64,000 nt of DNA from Dehalococcoidia bacterium (GCA_034432935.1 DAOUBD010000054.1:52-64051); one strand, 5' to 3'; numbered from the stretch's first letter, positions 28,083 to 39,018 are shown. The notes: generated by a model not told the origin, from the sequence alone. A program made the numbers and translations.

Positions 28083-28916
28083 CTACGGCCAGTAGGCATC
28101 CTTGACGCGCAACACGCTCTTCACATAGGCCCGGGTGTCATCGTACATGACGCCGCTGGCTGTGGCTCCCTGGCCCTGGTAGTAGGCGGCGATGGCCAGC
28201 TCTGGGCTGCCCGTGGCGTCCAACAAGATGCGCAGCAGCTTTACGCCGGCCTTGACGTTGTCGTAGACGCTTACGTCTTCGTTGAGCGGATAGCCAAAGA
28301 CCTCGGACTCGAGCCAAGCGGCGGTCCCGGGCATGATCTGCATGACGCCAACGGCGCCCACCGGGCTGACAGCGCCTTGGCTCCATTCGCTCTCCACCCA
28401 GGCCAAGGCGCGCACGAGGCCCGGATCGACGCCTTCCGAGGACGCCATCTCGTCGATAATCGCTTCCAGCTCCGGATCGGAAGGCGCTGTGGCGGGAAGG
28501 AAGCCTACGAAATCTGAGACTTCGGGGGACGGGATGACCAGCGTCTGTCCAGCCACGATGAGGTCAGGATCGGCCAACCCGTTGGCTTCCATTAGGGCGG
28601 CCAGGGAGACGCCGAATCGCTGGCTGATGGCCGTGAGGGTGTCGCCGGGCCGCACCTCGTAATGCCCGGGCCCGTCATCACCCTGCCGGCCACCGCCGAT
28701 ATCCAGCACCTGGCCCGGGAAGATGAGGTCGGGATTTGCGATGTGGTTGATCTCGGCGAGCACATCGACGGCGACGCCGTAGAGGCCCGAAATGTAGGAC
28801 AGGGTCTCGCCGGGCGCCACGGTGTGGCGGACATCGGCGCCCGCGCGGCCCACCGCGGCCAGGGCAAAGAGGGCGGCGAGGGCGGCCGTGGAGGCCCAGC
28901 GGAACGATTGGCGCAT
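28083..28916 (-). CDS. secreted LysM(x2)-lytic transglycosylase (SLT domain)
   Basis: Signal peptide from ATG 28916; two LysM repeats (TVAPGETLSYIS.., EVRPGDTLTAIS..); SLT motif AWVESEWSQGAVSPVGAVGVMQIMP. Confidence 0.75.
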   Translation of the reverse strand: MRQSFRWASTAALAALFALAAVGRAGADVRHTVAPGETLSYISGLYGVAVDVLAEINHIANPDLIFPGQVLDIGGGRQGDDGPGHYEVRPGDTLTAISQRFGVSLAALMEANGLADPDLIVAGQTLVIPSPEVSDFVGFLPATAPSDPELEAIIDEMASSEGVDPGLVRALAWVESEWSQGAVSPVGAVGVMQIMPGTAAWLESEVFGYPLNEDVSVYDNVKAGVKLLRILLDATGSPELAIAAYYQGQGATASGVMYDDTRAYVKSVLRVKDAYWP

Positions 28917-28993
28917 CGAAGCTCCTCCTCTGACGCCCCTATAGACGCAGGCGGCGGGGATCTTGTTACCAGGCCCCGCCAGCAACGACGCGG

Positions 28994-29281
28994 CTAGTAC
29001 GTTATGTCGAAATCCTGGTAGGCGCCCGTAGCCTCCCTCCAGGTGGCATCCACAGCGTCGACGCGGGCCATGCGCGGCCCCTCGCGCAGATGCTCCAGTA
29101 GCTGCTCCAAAGCTTCCCGAGGCCCTTCCGCCAGCACCTCCACGGAACGGCCGTCGCTGAGGTTGCGGACGTAGCCCCGGACTCCCAGGAAGCGGGCCCG
29201 GGTGTAAACGAACTGGCGAAAGTTGACGCCTTGCACACGCCCCCGCACTATGGCGTGCAGAGCGGCTTCGGTATTTTCCAT
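28994..29281 (-). CDS. acyP: acylphosphatase
   Basis: VRGRVQGVNFR signature; 95 aa. Confidence 0.8.
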   Translation of the reverse strand: MENTEAALHAIVRGRVQGVNFRQFVYTRARFLGVRGYVRNLSDGRSVEVLAEGPREALEQLLEHLREGPRMARVDAVDATWREATGAYQDFDITY

Positions 29282-29305
29282 ACTCCCGTCGCGCTGAGGC
29301 AGGCG

Positions 29306-31045
29306 CTAAGCCAACACCTTTTCCATCGCCGCATCCACGGCATCCGGCGGCACGTCATCCCGGACGACCGGCCAGCCGATGCCCTCCAGCAAGACCCAGC
29401 GCACGGCCCGCTCCCGGACCTTCTTGTCGAGCGCCATGGCCTCCCTTATAGCCCGGCCATCTACCCCTTCGGCACGCTGCGGCAGACCGAAGGAGGCCAG
29501 CGCCTGGCCCAGCCGGTCAGCCACTTGGGGGCCTAGGATGCCCATGCGCACGCTGATCTCCGTCGCGGCCACCATGCCGATGGCCACCGCCTCGCCGTGG
29601 AGATAGCGTCCGTACCCCGTCGCGGCCTCGATAGCGTGCCCCATGGTGTGGCCGAAGTTCAGAACGGTGCGCAGGCCCGTCTCCTCCCGCTCGTCCAGAT
29701 TGACCACGTGCGCCTTGATACGGACGCTGCGCTGGATGGCCTCCGTGGCGGTTTCTGGGTCGAGGCTCTGGATCCGCCCCGAATTCGCCTCCAGGAAGCA
29801 AAGGTACCCCTCATCGGCGATGAAGGCGTGCTTGATGACTTCCGCCCAGCCAGATCGCAGCTCCCGCGGCGGTAGCGAGCGCAGGGCTGCGACATCCGCC
29901 AGCACGAGGCGCGGTTGGTAGAAAGCCCCGATCATGTTCTTGGCACGAGGATGGTTGACGGCCACCTTGCCCCCGATGGCCGCATCGACCATGGCCAAGA
30001 GACTGGTGGGGGCATGCACCAGTGGCAGGCCACGGGCGAAGGTGGCTGCCACAAAGCCGGCAAGGTCGGTGACAACGCCGCCGCCGAGGGCGAGGACGGT
30101 GTGCCCACGCTCGGCCCGGCGCTCCACCAGCCAATCGTAGATCCGGGATGCTACGTCCAGCGATTTGCTGGCTTCCCCCGGCGGAACGGTGAGCGAGCCG
30201 AAAGGGATTTCTGCACGGGCTAGCGATTCCTCCACCTCCGCCCCGAGATGCCGGTAGACGTGGTCATCGCTGATGACGTGCACCGTCGCGCCCAGGCCGA
30301 TCTCCTTCAGCCTTTCGCCGATTTCTTGTAGCGCCCCCCACTGGACGACCACGGGATAACTCCCGCTAGCAGCGCGCACGAGGCAGGCTGCCCCCTCCGG
30401 CATGGCGCCCACGCCGTCCATGGCAGGCGAGGCGATGGCCTCCACCCGCCCAGGCCGGGCGAGGACAGCGGCCGCGAAAAGTTCATAGCCGCGGACGACC
30501 TCCGCCGCCACGTCGTCAGGTGTTAGCCCGTCAGTCTGCACCGTCCAATCGCAGAGGGCGTAGAAGGGCTGGCGCGAGGCCTTGAGGGAGCGGATACGAG
30601 ATAGGGGGTCTGGCCCCGCCAAGAGCGGGCGGCCCCCGGCCCCGCCATCGCCGCCCTTGCGCAACCTCTCCAGGCAGGTCTCTGGCCGCGCATCCAGACA
30701 GACGATGAAGCCGCCATCGGCCATGAGGCGCCTGTTCTCCGGAGAGAGCACTGCGCCGCCGCCGACAGAGACCACGGCGGGCGCCCGGGAGCATGCCTGG
30801 CGCAGCGCTTGCGACTCCATGGCCCGGAAGCGCAGCTCTCCCTCCTCGCGAAAGATGTCAGGGATGCTCCGCCCCGTCATCCCCTCCACGAGACAATCGG
30901 TATCCACCAAGTCCCAGCCGAGGCGGCGAGCGACCAGGGGCCCGACGGCGCTCTTGCCGGTGCCGGAGAAGCCCGTGAGGATGATGCGTAGGGGGCGCCT
31001 TTCGCCGCCCTGGGGCGAACTTGCATCCGCCGGCTCAGAGGTCAC
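29306..31045 (-). CDS. bifunctional shikimate kinase / 3-dehydroquinate synthase (AroK-AroB fusion)
   Basis: N-terminal GFSGTGKS P-loop with the shikimate kinase fold; C-terminal DHQ synthase motifs (GGGVVTD, NFGHT.GHAIE). Confidence 0.85.
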   Translation of the reverse strand: MTSEPADASSPQGGERRPLRIILTGFSGTGKSAVGPLVARRLGWDLVDTDCLVEGMTGRSIPDIFREEGELRFRAMESQALRQACSRAPAVVSVGGGAVLSPENRRLMADGGFIVCLDARPETCLERLRKGGDGGAGGRPLLAGPDPLSRIRSLKASRQPFYALCDWTVQTDGLTPDDVAAEVVRGYELFAAAVLARPGRVEAIASPAMDGVGAMPEGAACLVRAASGSYPVVVQWGALQEIGERLKEIGLGATVHVISDDHVYRHLGAEVEESLARAEIPFGSLTVPPGEASKSLDVASRIYDWLVERRAERGHTVLALGGGVVTDLAGFVAATFARGLPLVHAPTSLLAMVDAAIGGKVAVNHPRAKNMIGAFYQPRLVLADVAALRSLPPRELRSGWAEVIKHAFIADEGYLCFLEANSGRIQSLDPETATEAIQRSVRIKAHVVNLDEREETGLRTVLNFGHTMGHAIEAATGYGRYLHGEAVAIGMVAATEISVRMGILGPQVADRLGQALASFGLPQRAEGVDGRAIREAMALDKKVRERAVRWVLLEGIGWPVVRDDVPPDAVDAAMEKVLA

Positions 31046-31048
31046 GGC

Positions 31049-32257
31049 TCAACTCTCCGGCCCCCCGGCCCGGCCCGGCGAAGGCCCTGGCGCTCCCCGC
31101 GGCCCCACCGTGGCCTGATAGGCCTCGAAGTTGCGGCGGGTCTCAGCCAGGGAGTCGCCACCGAACTTCTCCAATAGGGCCCGGGCTAGAACGATGGCGA
31201 CCATGGACTCAGCGATGACCCCAGCGGCCGGCACGGTACAGACGTCGGACCTCTCGTAATGGGCCTGTATCTCCTCCGCCGTGTGCAGATCAGCCGAGGG
31301 CAGAGGCTTGGAAAGGGTCGAGATGGGCTTCAAGGCGCCCCGCACTATCACCGGTTCGCCGTTGGTCATGCCTCCCTCCAGGCCGCCGGCGCGGTTGGTG
31401 GCGCGCCGCCAGGGGCGCCCGCCCCACTGGGACGAAGGCAGGATGACGTCGTGGGCCGAGGAGCCTGGCCCTGCGGCCACCTCGAACCCTGGGCCTATCT
31501 CCACCCCCTTGACCGCATGGATGCTCATGATCGCCTGAGCCAGCAGGCCGTCCAGCTTCCGGTCCCACTGGACATGGGAGCCGAGCCCGATGGGGACGCC
31601 CGTGGCCCACACCTCGAAAACGCCGCCCAGAGTGTCGCCGGCTTCCTGGGCCGCGTCTATGGCCCGCATCATCCTCTCCGCTGCCTGGGGATCTTCGCAG
31701 CGCACTGGGGATGCTTCCACGGCCTGCCAGTCCGGCTCCCCATCCGGCCGTGCGCAGACGTCTCCTATGGACAGCGTGTGGGAGTGGATGGCGATGCCGA
31801 ACTCTTCCAGCAAGCGGCGGCAGACGGCGCCCACGGCCACACGGGCCGCCGTCTCTCGGGCAGAGGCCCGCTCCAGAACGTTGCGCACATCGTCAAAGCC
31901 GTACTTCATGGCGCCGGGGAGATCGGCGTGTCCGGGCCGCAAGCGGGTAACCTTCTTCACCTCACCGGCGAAGGGCTCCACCCGCATGATGTCCTGCCAG
32001 TCTTCCCAAACCTTGTTCTGGATGAGGAGGGCGATGGGGCTACCCAAGGTGAGGCCGTGGCGCACGCCCCCTAAGATCTCCGCCCTATCCTCCTCTAACT
32101 GCTGGCGGCGCGACCGCCCGTAGCCGGCCTGGCGCCGCCGCAAGTCGCTGGCGATGTAGTCCGCCGTGAGATTCAGGCCCGCTGGAATGCCCTCCAGGAC
32201 CGCCACCAGGGCCCGGCCGTGGGACTCGCCGGCCGTTAGGAAGCGCAGCTCCGTCAT
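31049..32257 (-). CDS. aroC: chorismate synthase
   Basis: [17 protein letters not shown]..; start at ATG 32257. The track ORF extends 64 codons further upstream. Confidence 0.9.
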   Translation of the reverse strand: MTELRFLTAGESHGRALVAVLEGIPAGLNLTADYIASDLRRRQAGYGRSRRQQLEEDRAEILGGVRHGLTLGSPIALLIQNKVWEDWQDIMRVEPFAGEVKKVTRLRPGHADLPGAMKYGFDDVRNVLERASARETAARVAVGAVCRRLLEEFGIAIHSHTLSIGDVCARPDGEPDWQAVEASPVRCEDPQAAERMMRAIDAAQEAGDTLGGVFEVWATGVPIGLGSHVQWDRKLDGLLAQAIMSIHAVKGVEIGPGFEVAAGPGSSAHDVILPSSQWGGRPWRRATNRAGGLEGGMTNGEPVIVRGALKPISTLSKPLPSADLHTAEEIQAHYERSDVCTVPAAGVIAESMVAIVLARALLEKFGGDSLAETRRNFEAYQATVGPRGAPGPSPGRAGGPES

Positions 32258-32898
32258 GGACGGGCCTCGGCCTTCGCGCCATTGTCCGGGGGCGCCTGAG
32301 GCGGCGGCGAGGGCTCGACGGGCAGGGGCAGGCCGGTCTCGCTTAGCCTGTAGTGGCCGCCCAGCGCCTCCACGATCTGCTCTGGCGTCCATTCCTCCCA
32401 GTCCACGCTGCGGGCTGCCTCCCTTTCTGCGGTGGTGGTGAGGATGCACTGGCGCCGCGCCACACCCTGGGCATCGCGGAAGGATGTGTAGATGTCGATC
32501 TGCACACGGGCGGGCCGAAAATGAGGCAGCTCATAGAGGAGCATATCGGCCGCCTTCGCGGTGATGGCCATGCCGTCCTGCAGAGCGTCCCTGACCTCGA
32601 CCCATCTCCCTTCGATGAGCTGGTACTCGCCCTCGGCTTCGCAGGCCACGCGCACGAAGTCCGGGCCTACGGCCACGGGCTGCATGCTCTGCACCCCGCG
32701 CCAGACCTCGGGCGGGGTGTCCTTCGGCCGCTTGGATGACCGCCACACACTGATGGCGTCTCCCAGGATGTCCGAGATGACCTTCACATCCCCCGCGGCG
32801 GCGGCCTTGCGCCAAGCCGTGGCCGCACGGGTGCCCTGGATGACGATGTACGCCACCAGAAGGAAGAGGATCGATAGGGCGAGAAGCCCCCACTGCAT
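32254..32898 (-). CDS. hypothetical membrane-anchored protein within the aro operon
   Basis: N-terminal TM ([15 protein letters not shown]); stop overlaps the aroC start; start overlaps the aroE stop. Confidence 0.45.
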   Translation of the reverse strand: MQWGLLALSILFLLVAYIVIQGTRAATAWRKAAAAGDVKVISDILGDAISVWRSSKRPKDTPPEVWRGVQSMQPVAVGPDFVRVACEAEGEYQLIEGRWVEVRDALQDGMAITAKAADMLLYELPHFRPARVQIDIYTSFRDAQGVARRQCILTTTAEREAARSVDWEEWTPEQIVEALGGHYRLSETGLPLPVEPSPPPQAPPDNGAKAEARP

Positions 32899-33761
32899 TA
32901 CTGCCTTCCCTCCTCCGCCAGCACCCGCCGCGCCGCCTGAAACATTATGTCTATGGGCGCCTCTAACCCCGTCCAGATCTTGAAGGAAGCAGCCCCTTGG
33001 TAGATGAGCATGGGTAGCCCGCCGATGACCTGAGCCCCGCGCTTCCGCGCCCTCTGCATTAGCACAGTCTCCTCAGGGCGATAGATGAGATCATAGACAA
33101 GGACACCGGGATGGATCACGTCTTCAGGCACCGGCGATTCTTTCTCCTCGGCCGTGCCAGCGGCGCCAACCGACGTACAGTTTACCAGAAGGGAGCAGCC
33201 GACAGCGGCTGAGGCCCAGGAGGCATGCATGTCGGGCAGGGCGTTCAGGCCGGTCTCGCCGGCCACGGGGCGAAGGTCCTCCACAAGCTTGGCGGCCCTG
33301 TGAAAGGTGCGGTTGATGACTATAACGGAGGCCGCGCCGGCCCTGGCCAGGGCGACGACGACGGCCCGCGCCGCGCCGCCAGCGCCCGCCACCAGGGCGC
33401 GCTTTCCCTTGGGATCGAAGCCGGCGTCCTCCCGGAGGGCCCGCAGGAAGCCCGCGACGTCTGTGTTGTAACCGTGGAGCTGGCCCCCGCGGTTCACGAT
33501 GGTGTTCAGAGCGCCGACGCGCTGCACCAGGTCATCCAGCTCGTCCATGAGGGGCAGGCAAGCCTCCTTATGGGGTATCGTAACGTTGGCCCCAACCACG
33601 GTGGGAGCCCGCAGGCCCGTGATCCGCATGTGCAGGCCATCCTCCGGTGTGGGCCAGGCCTGATACACCATGTCCAGCCCCAGGTAGTCCAAGGCCGCCT
33701 GCTGGAAGATGGGCGATAGGGAATGCTTTAGGGGGTAGCCTATGATCCCCAGGTATCTCAT
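32898..33761 (-). CDS. aroE: shikimate dehydrogenase
   Basis: GIIGYPLKHSLSP..NVTIPHK motifs. Confidence 0.85.
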   Translation of the reverse strand: MRYLGIIGYPLKHSLSPIFQQAALDYLGLDMVYQAWPTPEDGLHMRITGLRAPTVVGANVTIPHKEACLPLMDELDDLVQRVGALNTIVNRGGQLHGYNTDVAGFLRALREDAGFDPKGKRALVAGAGGAARAVVVALARAGAASVIVINRTFHRAAKLVEDLRPVAGETGLNALPDMHASWASAAVGCSLLVNCTSVGAAGTAEEKESPVPEDVIHPGVLVYDLIYRPEETVLMQRARKRGAQVIGGLPMLIYQGAASFKIWTGLEAPIDIMFQAARRVLAEEGRQ

Positions 33762-34810
33762 TGGCTTGCGTACTTCCTCACGTTCTCCAGGTGCTCGTCC
33801 AAAGTCTCCGCGAAGGCGTGGGAACCGTCGGGCTTGGCCACGAAGTAGAGGTAATTGGTATCCGCAGGATTGACAACCGCCAGGATAGAGTCCAGACCGG
33901 GGCTACAGATGGGCCCCGGCGGCAGGCCCCTAAAACGGTACGTGTTGTAGGGCGAGGCGGACTCAAGATCGGACCGGGTGAGCCCCTGCTTCCAGTAGCC
34001 GTAGAGGCGGACGCTCTCCGGACCAGCGATAGCGTATTGGACCGTCGGGTCGGCTTCCAGAGGCATGCCCAGCCTTAGCCGCGAGAGGAACACCTGGGCC
34101 ATGACCGGCCTCTCCTCCGGTACGCGGGCCTCCCGTTCGATGATGGAGGCCAAGGTTACGGCCTCGTGCAGCGTAAGCCCCAGGTCAGCAGCCTTCTCCT
34201 CCACCTCGGCCGGCACGTTCTGTTGGAAAGCGTCAAGCATCCTGCGGACGATATCTTCAGGCTTGTCCAGGCTGCCCACCGGGTAGGTGGCGGGGAAAAG
34301 GTAGCCCTCCAAACTGTCGCCTTCGGTAAGCCCGGCCAGAAACGGGTAGTCGTAGGGCCCGGCCTTCGCCGCCTCCAGGAACTCATCGCGGGAAACACCT
34401 TGGGCAGCGACGGCATCCGCAGTCTCCTCGAGACGCCAGCCTTCGACGACGGTTACGAGCCGGGGGGAAGTTTGACCATGACGGATGCGGTACACCACCT
34501 CCAAAGCCGGGGTGTGCTGGTCGAACTCGTACTCCCCGGCCTGAAGCATGCGGTCGTAGCCCATCAGGGCGACCAGGACCTCGAACTGGGACGCTGAATC
34601 GATGACGGCCATGCCCTCCAGCCTTCTACCGATCTCCTCGGGGCTCTCGCCGGGCTCTATGCGGACCCGGACGGCTGGCCCCGGGGTGCTGGCCCGGGGA
34701 CGGTAGGACCCCACGTCGTGTATGGCGCCAGGGCTTTGCCAGACGAGCCAGGCGGCGGCGCCCGTGCAAAGCACTGCGGCGAGACTGGCTGCTACGGGCA
34801 GGAACCTCAT
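33758..34810 (-). CDS. mltG: endolytic murein transglycosylase MltG (YceG-like)
   Basis: YceG family pattern with N-terminal TM; conserved position after ruvX/alaS. Confidence 0.75.
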   Translation of the reverse strand: MRFLPVAASLAAVLCTGAAAWLVWQSPGAIHDVGSYRPRASTPGPAVRVRIEPGESPEEIGRRLEGMAVIDSASQFEVLVALMGYDRMLQAGEYEFDQHTPALEVVYRIRHGQTSPRLVTVVEGWRLEETADAVAAQGVSRDEFLEAAKAGPYDYPFLAGLTEGDSLEGYLFPATYPVGSLDKPEDIVRRMLDAFQQNVPAEVEEKAADLGLTLHEAVTLASIIEREARVPEERPVMAQVFLSRLRLGMPLEADPTVQYAIAGPESVRLYGYWKQGLTRSDLESASPYNTYRFRGLPPGPICSPGLDSILAVVNPADTNYLYFVAKPDGSHAFAETLDEHLENVRKYASQ

Positions 34811-34811
34811 G

Positions 34812-35222
34812 CTAACGGCGTTGGCTGTCCAGGTAGGCCTGGAGGATTATGGCCGCGGCGGCAGCATCGTTGGGGGGCGCTGGGCGTCTCGCCCGGCGGT
34901 GCCGCTCCGCATGGGAGCGGCGGCCGGCTTGGGCCGTGCTGAACCGCTCGTCCCAGACCTGCACAGGGATGCCCAGCCGCTCCCGCATGGCGTCAACGAT
35001 CTTCATGACCCGCTGCGCCTGGGGCCCCAGGGCCCCGGTGAGGGACAAGGGCAGGCCGACGACCACCTCGCCCGCTCTCTGTTCCTCTACTATACGAAGG
35101 GCCGTCTCCAGGAGCCCTCCTTCCACTGGCACCGTGGCGACGGGGACCGCCACTCTCAGGGCGTCATCGGCAGCGGCCACGCCTATGCGCCGCTCGCCCA
35201 GGTCTAGAGCGAGGATGCGCAT
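34812..35222 (-). CDS. ruvX: Holliday-junction resolvase-like RuvX/YqgF
   Basis: MRILALDLGERRIGVA..; 136 aa. Confidence 0.8.
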   Translation of the reverse strand: MRILALDLGERRIGVAAADDALRVAVPVATVPVEGGLLETALRIVEEQRAGEVVVGLPLSLTGALGPQAQRVMKIVDAMRERLGIPVQVWDERFSTAQAGRRSHAERHRRARRPAPPNDAAAAAIILQAYLDSQRR

Positions 35223-37958
35223 CTAAGGCCCGCCCGATAGCATGCGCCGCACCGTCTCTTCCACCGTGGCCAGGGCTTGCTCTACCTTCGAAGCGTCCTT
35301 GCCTCCCCCTTGGGCCATATCGGGCCGCCCGCCGCCGCCGCCGCCGGTCACCGCTGCCACAGCACGGAGGATATCCCCGGCCTTCGGCCCGCGCTTGACG
35401 ATATCGGGCGTGACAATGGCCACGAACTGGGGGCGGCCGTCGATGACGCTGGCCAGCACGGCAACGCCGGAGCTCAAGGCCTTGCGGACGGCATCCCCGT
35501 AGTAGCGGAGGGCTTCGGTGCTCGGCGCCTCGACGCGGGCAGCCAGAACGCGCACCGGCTCCCCGCCAGGACCGTCCACCGTCACCGCCTGGCGCACCAG
35601 ATCGGCCGCTGTGGGGGCCGAAGCCAATGTGCGCTCCATCCTCTCGAGGCGTTTGCGCATCGCCTCCAACTCCGCGACGAGGGCTTGCACACGGCCCGTG
35701 ACGCTCTCCCGGGGCGCACCGAGGACCCGGGCGATCTCCTCCAGCGCCCGGGACTGGGACCGCATGTATTCCTCCGCGGCGCGGCCCGTCAGGGCCTCCA
35801 CACGCCGCATACCGGCGCCGATGGACGACTCGCCGGTGATGACCATCACACCGATGTCGCCGGTGCGCCGGCAGTGGGTGCCCCCGCAGAGCTCAGCGCT
35901 GAAACGCGGGACCACCGTGTTCACCTCGACGACGCGCACGCGCTCCCCGTACTTCTCGCCGAAGAAGGCCAACACGCCTTCGGACATCGCCTCGCTGAAG
36001 CTGGTCTCGCGGGTGTGCACCGCCACGTTCTCGCGTATCTTTTCGTTTACCAGGCGTTGCACCTCGGCGAGCTGTGCGGGGCTCACAGCCTCAGTGTGGG
36101 TAAAGTCGAAGCGCAGGCGATCGGGCGCGACCAGAGAGCCGGCCTGCCGGACGTGGCTGCCCAACACCCTGCGCAGGGCGGCGTGCAGGAGGTGCGTCGC
36201 CGTATGGTTACGCATCGTATCTGCCCGGCGCTGGGCGTCGACCCGCGCCGTCACGGTCTCGCCCACGGCCAGCCGTCCTTCCACGAGGCGCCCCCTGTGA
36301 ACGATGAGGCGTTCCGCCACCCGCTGGGTGTCCTCCACGACTATGCGTCCCCCGGGCGCCAAGATCTCGCCCTGGTCTCCGACCTGGCCGCCCCCCTCTG
36401 GGTAGAAGGGCGTCGAGGTGAGGATCACTTCCACCTCGGCGGGCGCGACAACCGAGGCAACCGCCTCCAAGCCCCCGGCCGCGCCGCTCGATGAGGGCCG
36501 TAGCAACGCCAGGACCTCTGCCGCCGTCTCCAGCTCTTCGTAGCCGGTGAAGACCGTGGGGCCCTCCGCCAGCGAGGCGTAGAGGGCCTCCGCGGCCACA
36601 GCCGCGGCTCCCGTGGCAGCGGCGCGGGCCCGTTCCCGCTGCCTCCCCATCTCCGCCTCAAAGCCCGCCTCGTCCACAGCCAAGCCCTTCTCCGCCGCGA
36701 TCTCCCGCGTGAGCTCCACGGGAAAACCGTACGTGTCGTGCAGGAGGAAAGCATCTGCCCCTGGGATCATGCCCTGACGCTGGTGTTTTTGGATCACCTG
36801 GTCCAGCATCTCCAGACCCCGCGCCAGTGTCTCGTCGAAGCGCCGCTCTTCGGGGGAAAGGATCTCGGCTATGAAGCGGCGCTGTCGCTCCAGCTCCGGA
36901 TAGGACGGCGCCATCGTTTCGATGACGGCCTCCGCAAGGGGCGCCATTATCGGCCCCTCGATCTCCAGGGCCCGGCGGCCGAAGTACACCGCCCGCCGCA
37001 GCAGCCGCCGCACTACGTACCCCCGCTCCTCGTTGGAGGGCACGACAGGCGTGCGTTCGTCGCCGACGAGGAAGGTGACGGCGCGAGAATGCTCGGCCAC
37101 GATGCGCATGGCCCGGTCAGCCGCCTCATCCTGCCCATAGCGGCGCCCCGACAGGGCTTCGACCCGCTGGACGATGGGGCGGAAGATATCCGTCTCGTAC
37201 ACCGACGGGCGGCGATCCTTGGGCCAGCCGGGGTCCTGATAGAGGAGCACGGAGGCGATGCGCTCCAGGCCGGCGCCGGTGTCGATGTTCCTAGAGGGCA
37301 GAGGCGTGCGCTTCTCACCGTCGCAGTAGAAGGACATGAAGACCAGGTTCCAGATCTCCAGAAAGCGCCCGCAGTCGTGGGACGGCTCGCACTTTGGCCC
37401 GCAGCCGAAACCCTCGCCGAAATCGTAGTGGATCTCCGAGCACGGGCCGCAGGGGCCGACGTCGCCAGAGAACCAGTAGTTGTGCTCCTCCGCGTAACGC
37501 CGGATGCGTTCGTCTGGGACCCCCACCTGGCGCCAGAGGCTGTACGCCTCATCGTCGTCCAGGTAGACGGCCGTCCAGAGGCGCTCTGGCTCAAGCTTGA
37601 GGACGCCGGTTACGAACTCCCAGGCCCAGGGGATGGCCTCGGCCTTGAAGTAGTCGCCGATGGAGAAGTTGCCCAGCATCTCAAAGAAGGTCAGGTGCGA
37701 AACGTCGCCCACTGAGTCGATGTCGCTGGTGCGGAAGCACTTCTGAACGGTGGTCAGACGGGTATGGGGGGGCAGGGCCTGGCCCATGAAGTAGGGCTTG
37801 AACTGTACCATGCCGGCGCTAGTGAACAGCAGGGTTGGGTCTCCGGCGGGCACGAGGGGAGCGCTGGGCATGCGCCGGTGGCCCCGCTCTTCGAAGAAGC
37901 GCAGGAACGATTCGCGAAGCTCGTGTGCGTTCAATCCGGTTGGATTATATCGTGCCAT
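35223..37958 (-). CDS. alaS: alanine--tRNA ligase
   Basis: Class II AlaRS motifs throughout; start at ATG 37958 (MARYNPTGLNAHELR). The track ORF extends to 38117. Confidence 0.95.
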   Translation of the reverse strand: MARYNPTGLNAHELRESFLRFFEERGHRRMPSAPLVPAGDPTLLFTSAGMVQFKPYFMGQALPPHTRLTTVQKCFRTSDIDSVGDVSHLTFFEMLGNFSIGDYFKAEAIPWAWEFVTGVLKLEPERLWTAVYLDDDEAYSLWRQVGVPDERIRRYAEEHNYWFSGDVGPCGPCSEIHYDFGEGFGCGPKCEPSHDCGRFLEIWNLVFMSFYCDGEKRTPLPSRNIDTGAGLERIASVLLYQDPGWPKDRRPSVYETDIFRPIVQRVEALSGRRYGQDEAADRAMRIVAEHSRAVTFLVGDERTPVVPSNEERGYVVRRLLRRAVYFGRRALEIEGPIMAPLAEAVIETMAPSYPELERQRRFIAEILSPEERRFDETLARGLEMLDQVIQKHQRQGMIPGADAFLLHDTYGFPVELTREIAAEKGLAVDEAGFEAEMGRQRERARAAATGAAAVAAEALYASLAEGPTVFTGYEELETAAEVLALLRPSSSGAAGGLEAVASVVAPAEVEVILTSTPFYPEGGGQVGDQGEILAPGGRIVVEDTQRVAERLIVHRGRLVEGRLAVGETVTARVDAQRRADTMRNHTATHLLHAALRRVLGSHVRQAGSLVAPDRLRFDFTHTEAVSPAQLAEVQRLVNEKIRENVAVHTRETSFSEAMSEGVLAFFGEKYGERVRVVEVNTVVPRFSAELCGGTHCRRTGDIGVMVITGESSIGAGMRRVEALTGRAAEEYMRSQSRALEEIARVLGAPRESVTGRVQALVAELEAMRKRLERMERTLASAPTAADLVRQAVTVDGPGGEPVRVLAARVEAPSTEALRYYGDAVRKALSSGVAVLASVIDGRPQFVAIVTPDIVKRGPKAGDILRAVAAVTGGGGGGRPDMAQGGGKDASKVEQALATVEETVRRMLSGGP

Positions 37959-38020
37959 GGTTCTTGAGGGCTGCCCGACAGGCCCTGGTGCCGGCCGCCG
38001 CTGGGCGCAAGCAGGCCTTG

Positions 38021-38050
38021 ACAGCCTGCTGGGGGCACACCTAACATGAT
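38021..38050 (+). promoter_or_regulatory. candidate sigma70-type promoter TTGACA-N18-TAACAT for the downstream plus-strand operon
   Basis: Read directly in the alaS/glmU-like divergent region. Confidence 0.3.
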
Positions 38051-38277
38051 CGTGTAAGGCCACCCGAAATGAGCTGAGGCTCTTTGAACGCCGACGAACC
38101 TCCCGATACGTACGCACCTTCTATTCCGCCTGCTATTCCCCAACGCCACAGCCCTGACCGGCGTCTAAACGTCAGGGTGCAAGCGCTCTTGGTCTCACGC
38201 TTCTCTGCGGAAGATTAGACCGCATGCTTCGGAGCATTTCTGCCCGGTCGGGCCGGGCGAGGGACGGACGTTAGTTG

Positions 38278-39018
38278 ATGGCCGCAAGGAAACCCAGGGG
38301 CGGCCCGAAGCAGGCGACCAGCGACCCTCTCGCGACCCTCAGGGCGCAGATCGAGGGCCGGCTGGACGAGTGCGCGCGGCTCATGGCCAAGGGCGTGGAG
38401 ATCGTCGACCCCATGACCACCTACATCGGCCCAGAAGTCACGATCGGCACGGGGACGGTCATCTTTCCAAACACCACCATCTCCGGCTCTTCCCGCATCG
38501 GCCGCCGCTGCAGGATCGGCCCAAACTCCGTGATAGCAGACTCGCGGCTCGGCGACGACGTGACGGTGCTGGCTTCGGTGCTGGAAGGGGCAACCGTTAG
38601 GCCCGGAGCCGACATCGGCCCCTTCAGCCACCTGCGGCCCGGAAGCAGGTTGGAGGCCGACGTCCACATCGGCAACTTCGTAGAGGTGAAGGCGTCACGC
38701 CTGGGGCGCGGGACGAAAGTCGGGCACTTCAGCTACATCGGGGACGCCAGGGTGGGCGCCGGCGTCAACATAGGGGCCGGAACCATCACCTGCAATTATG
38801 ACGGGGCCAAGAAGCACACCACGGTGATCGAAGACGGGGCCTTCATCGGCAGCGACACCCTGCTGGTGGCGCCGGTTCGGGTGGGGAAAGGCGCCACCAC
38901 CGCCGCCGGGGCCGTGGTTACCAGCAACGTGCCGGAGGGACAGCGCGTGGCTGGGGTTCCAGCACGCCCGTTGGACGCCCCGGGCCCTCGGAAGCAGGCG
39001 CGCAGGCGGCATGGATAG
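38278..39018 (+). CDS. left-handed beta-helix acetyltransferase equivalent to the C-terminal (GlcN-1-P acetyltransferase) half of GlmU only
   Basis: Aligns with the GlmU region from about residue 230 to the end (hexapeptide repeats; [20 protein letters not shown]). An in-frame stop (TAG 38272) directly upstream excludes an N-terminal uridyltransferase domain. Confidence 0.8.
   Translation: MAARKPRGGPKQATSDPLATLRAQIEGRLDECARLMAKGVEIVDPMTTYIGPEVTIGTGTVIFPNTTISGSSRIGRRCRIGPNSVIADSRLGDDVTVLASVLEGATVRPGADIGPFSHLRPGSRLEADVHIGNFVEVKASRLGRGTKVGHFSYIGDARVGAGVNIGAGTITCNYDGAKKHTTVIEDGAFIGSDTLLVAPVRVGKGATTAAGAVVTSNVPEGQRVAGVPARPLDAPGPRKQARRRHG

Noticed and set aside
35277-36494. 405-aa plus-strand ORF within alaS
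   Set aside because: Antisense to an unmistakable AlaRS; typical high-GC shadow ORF.
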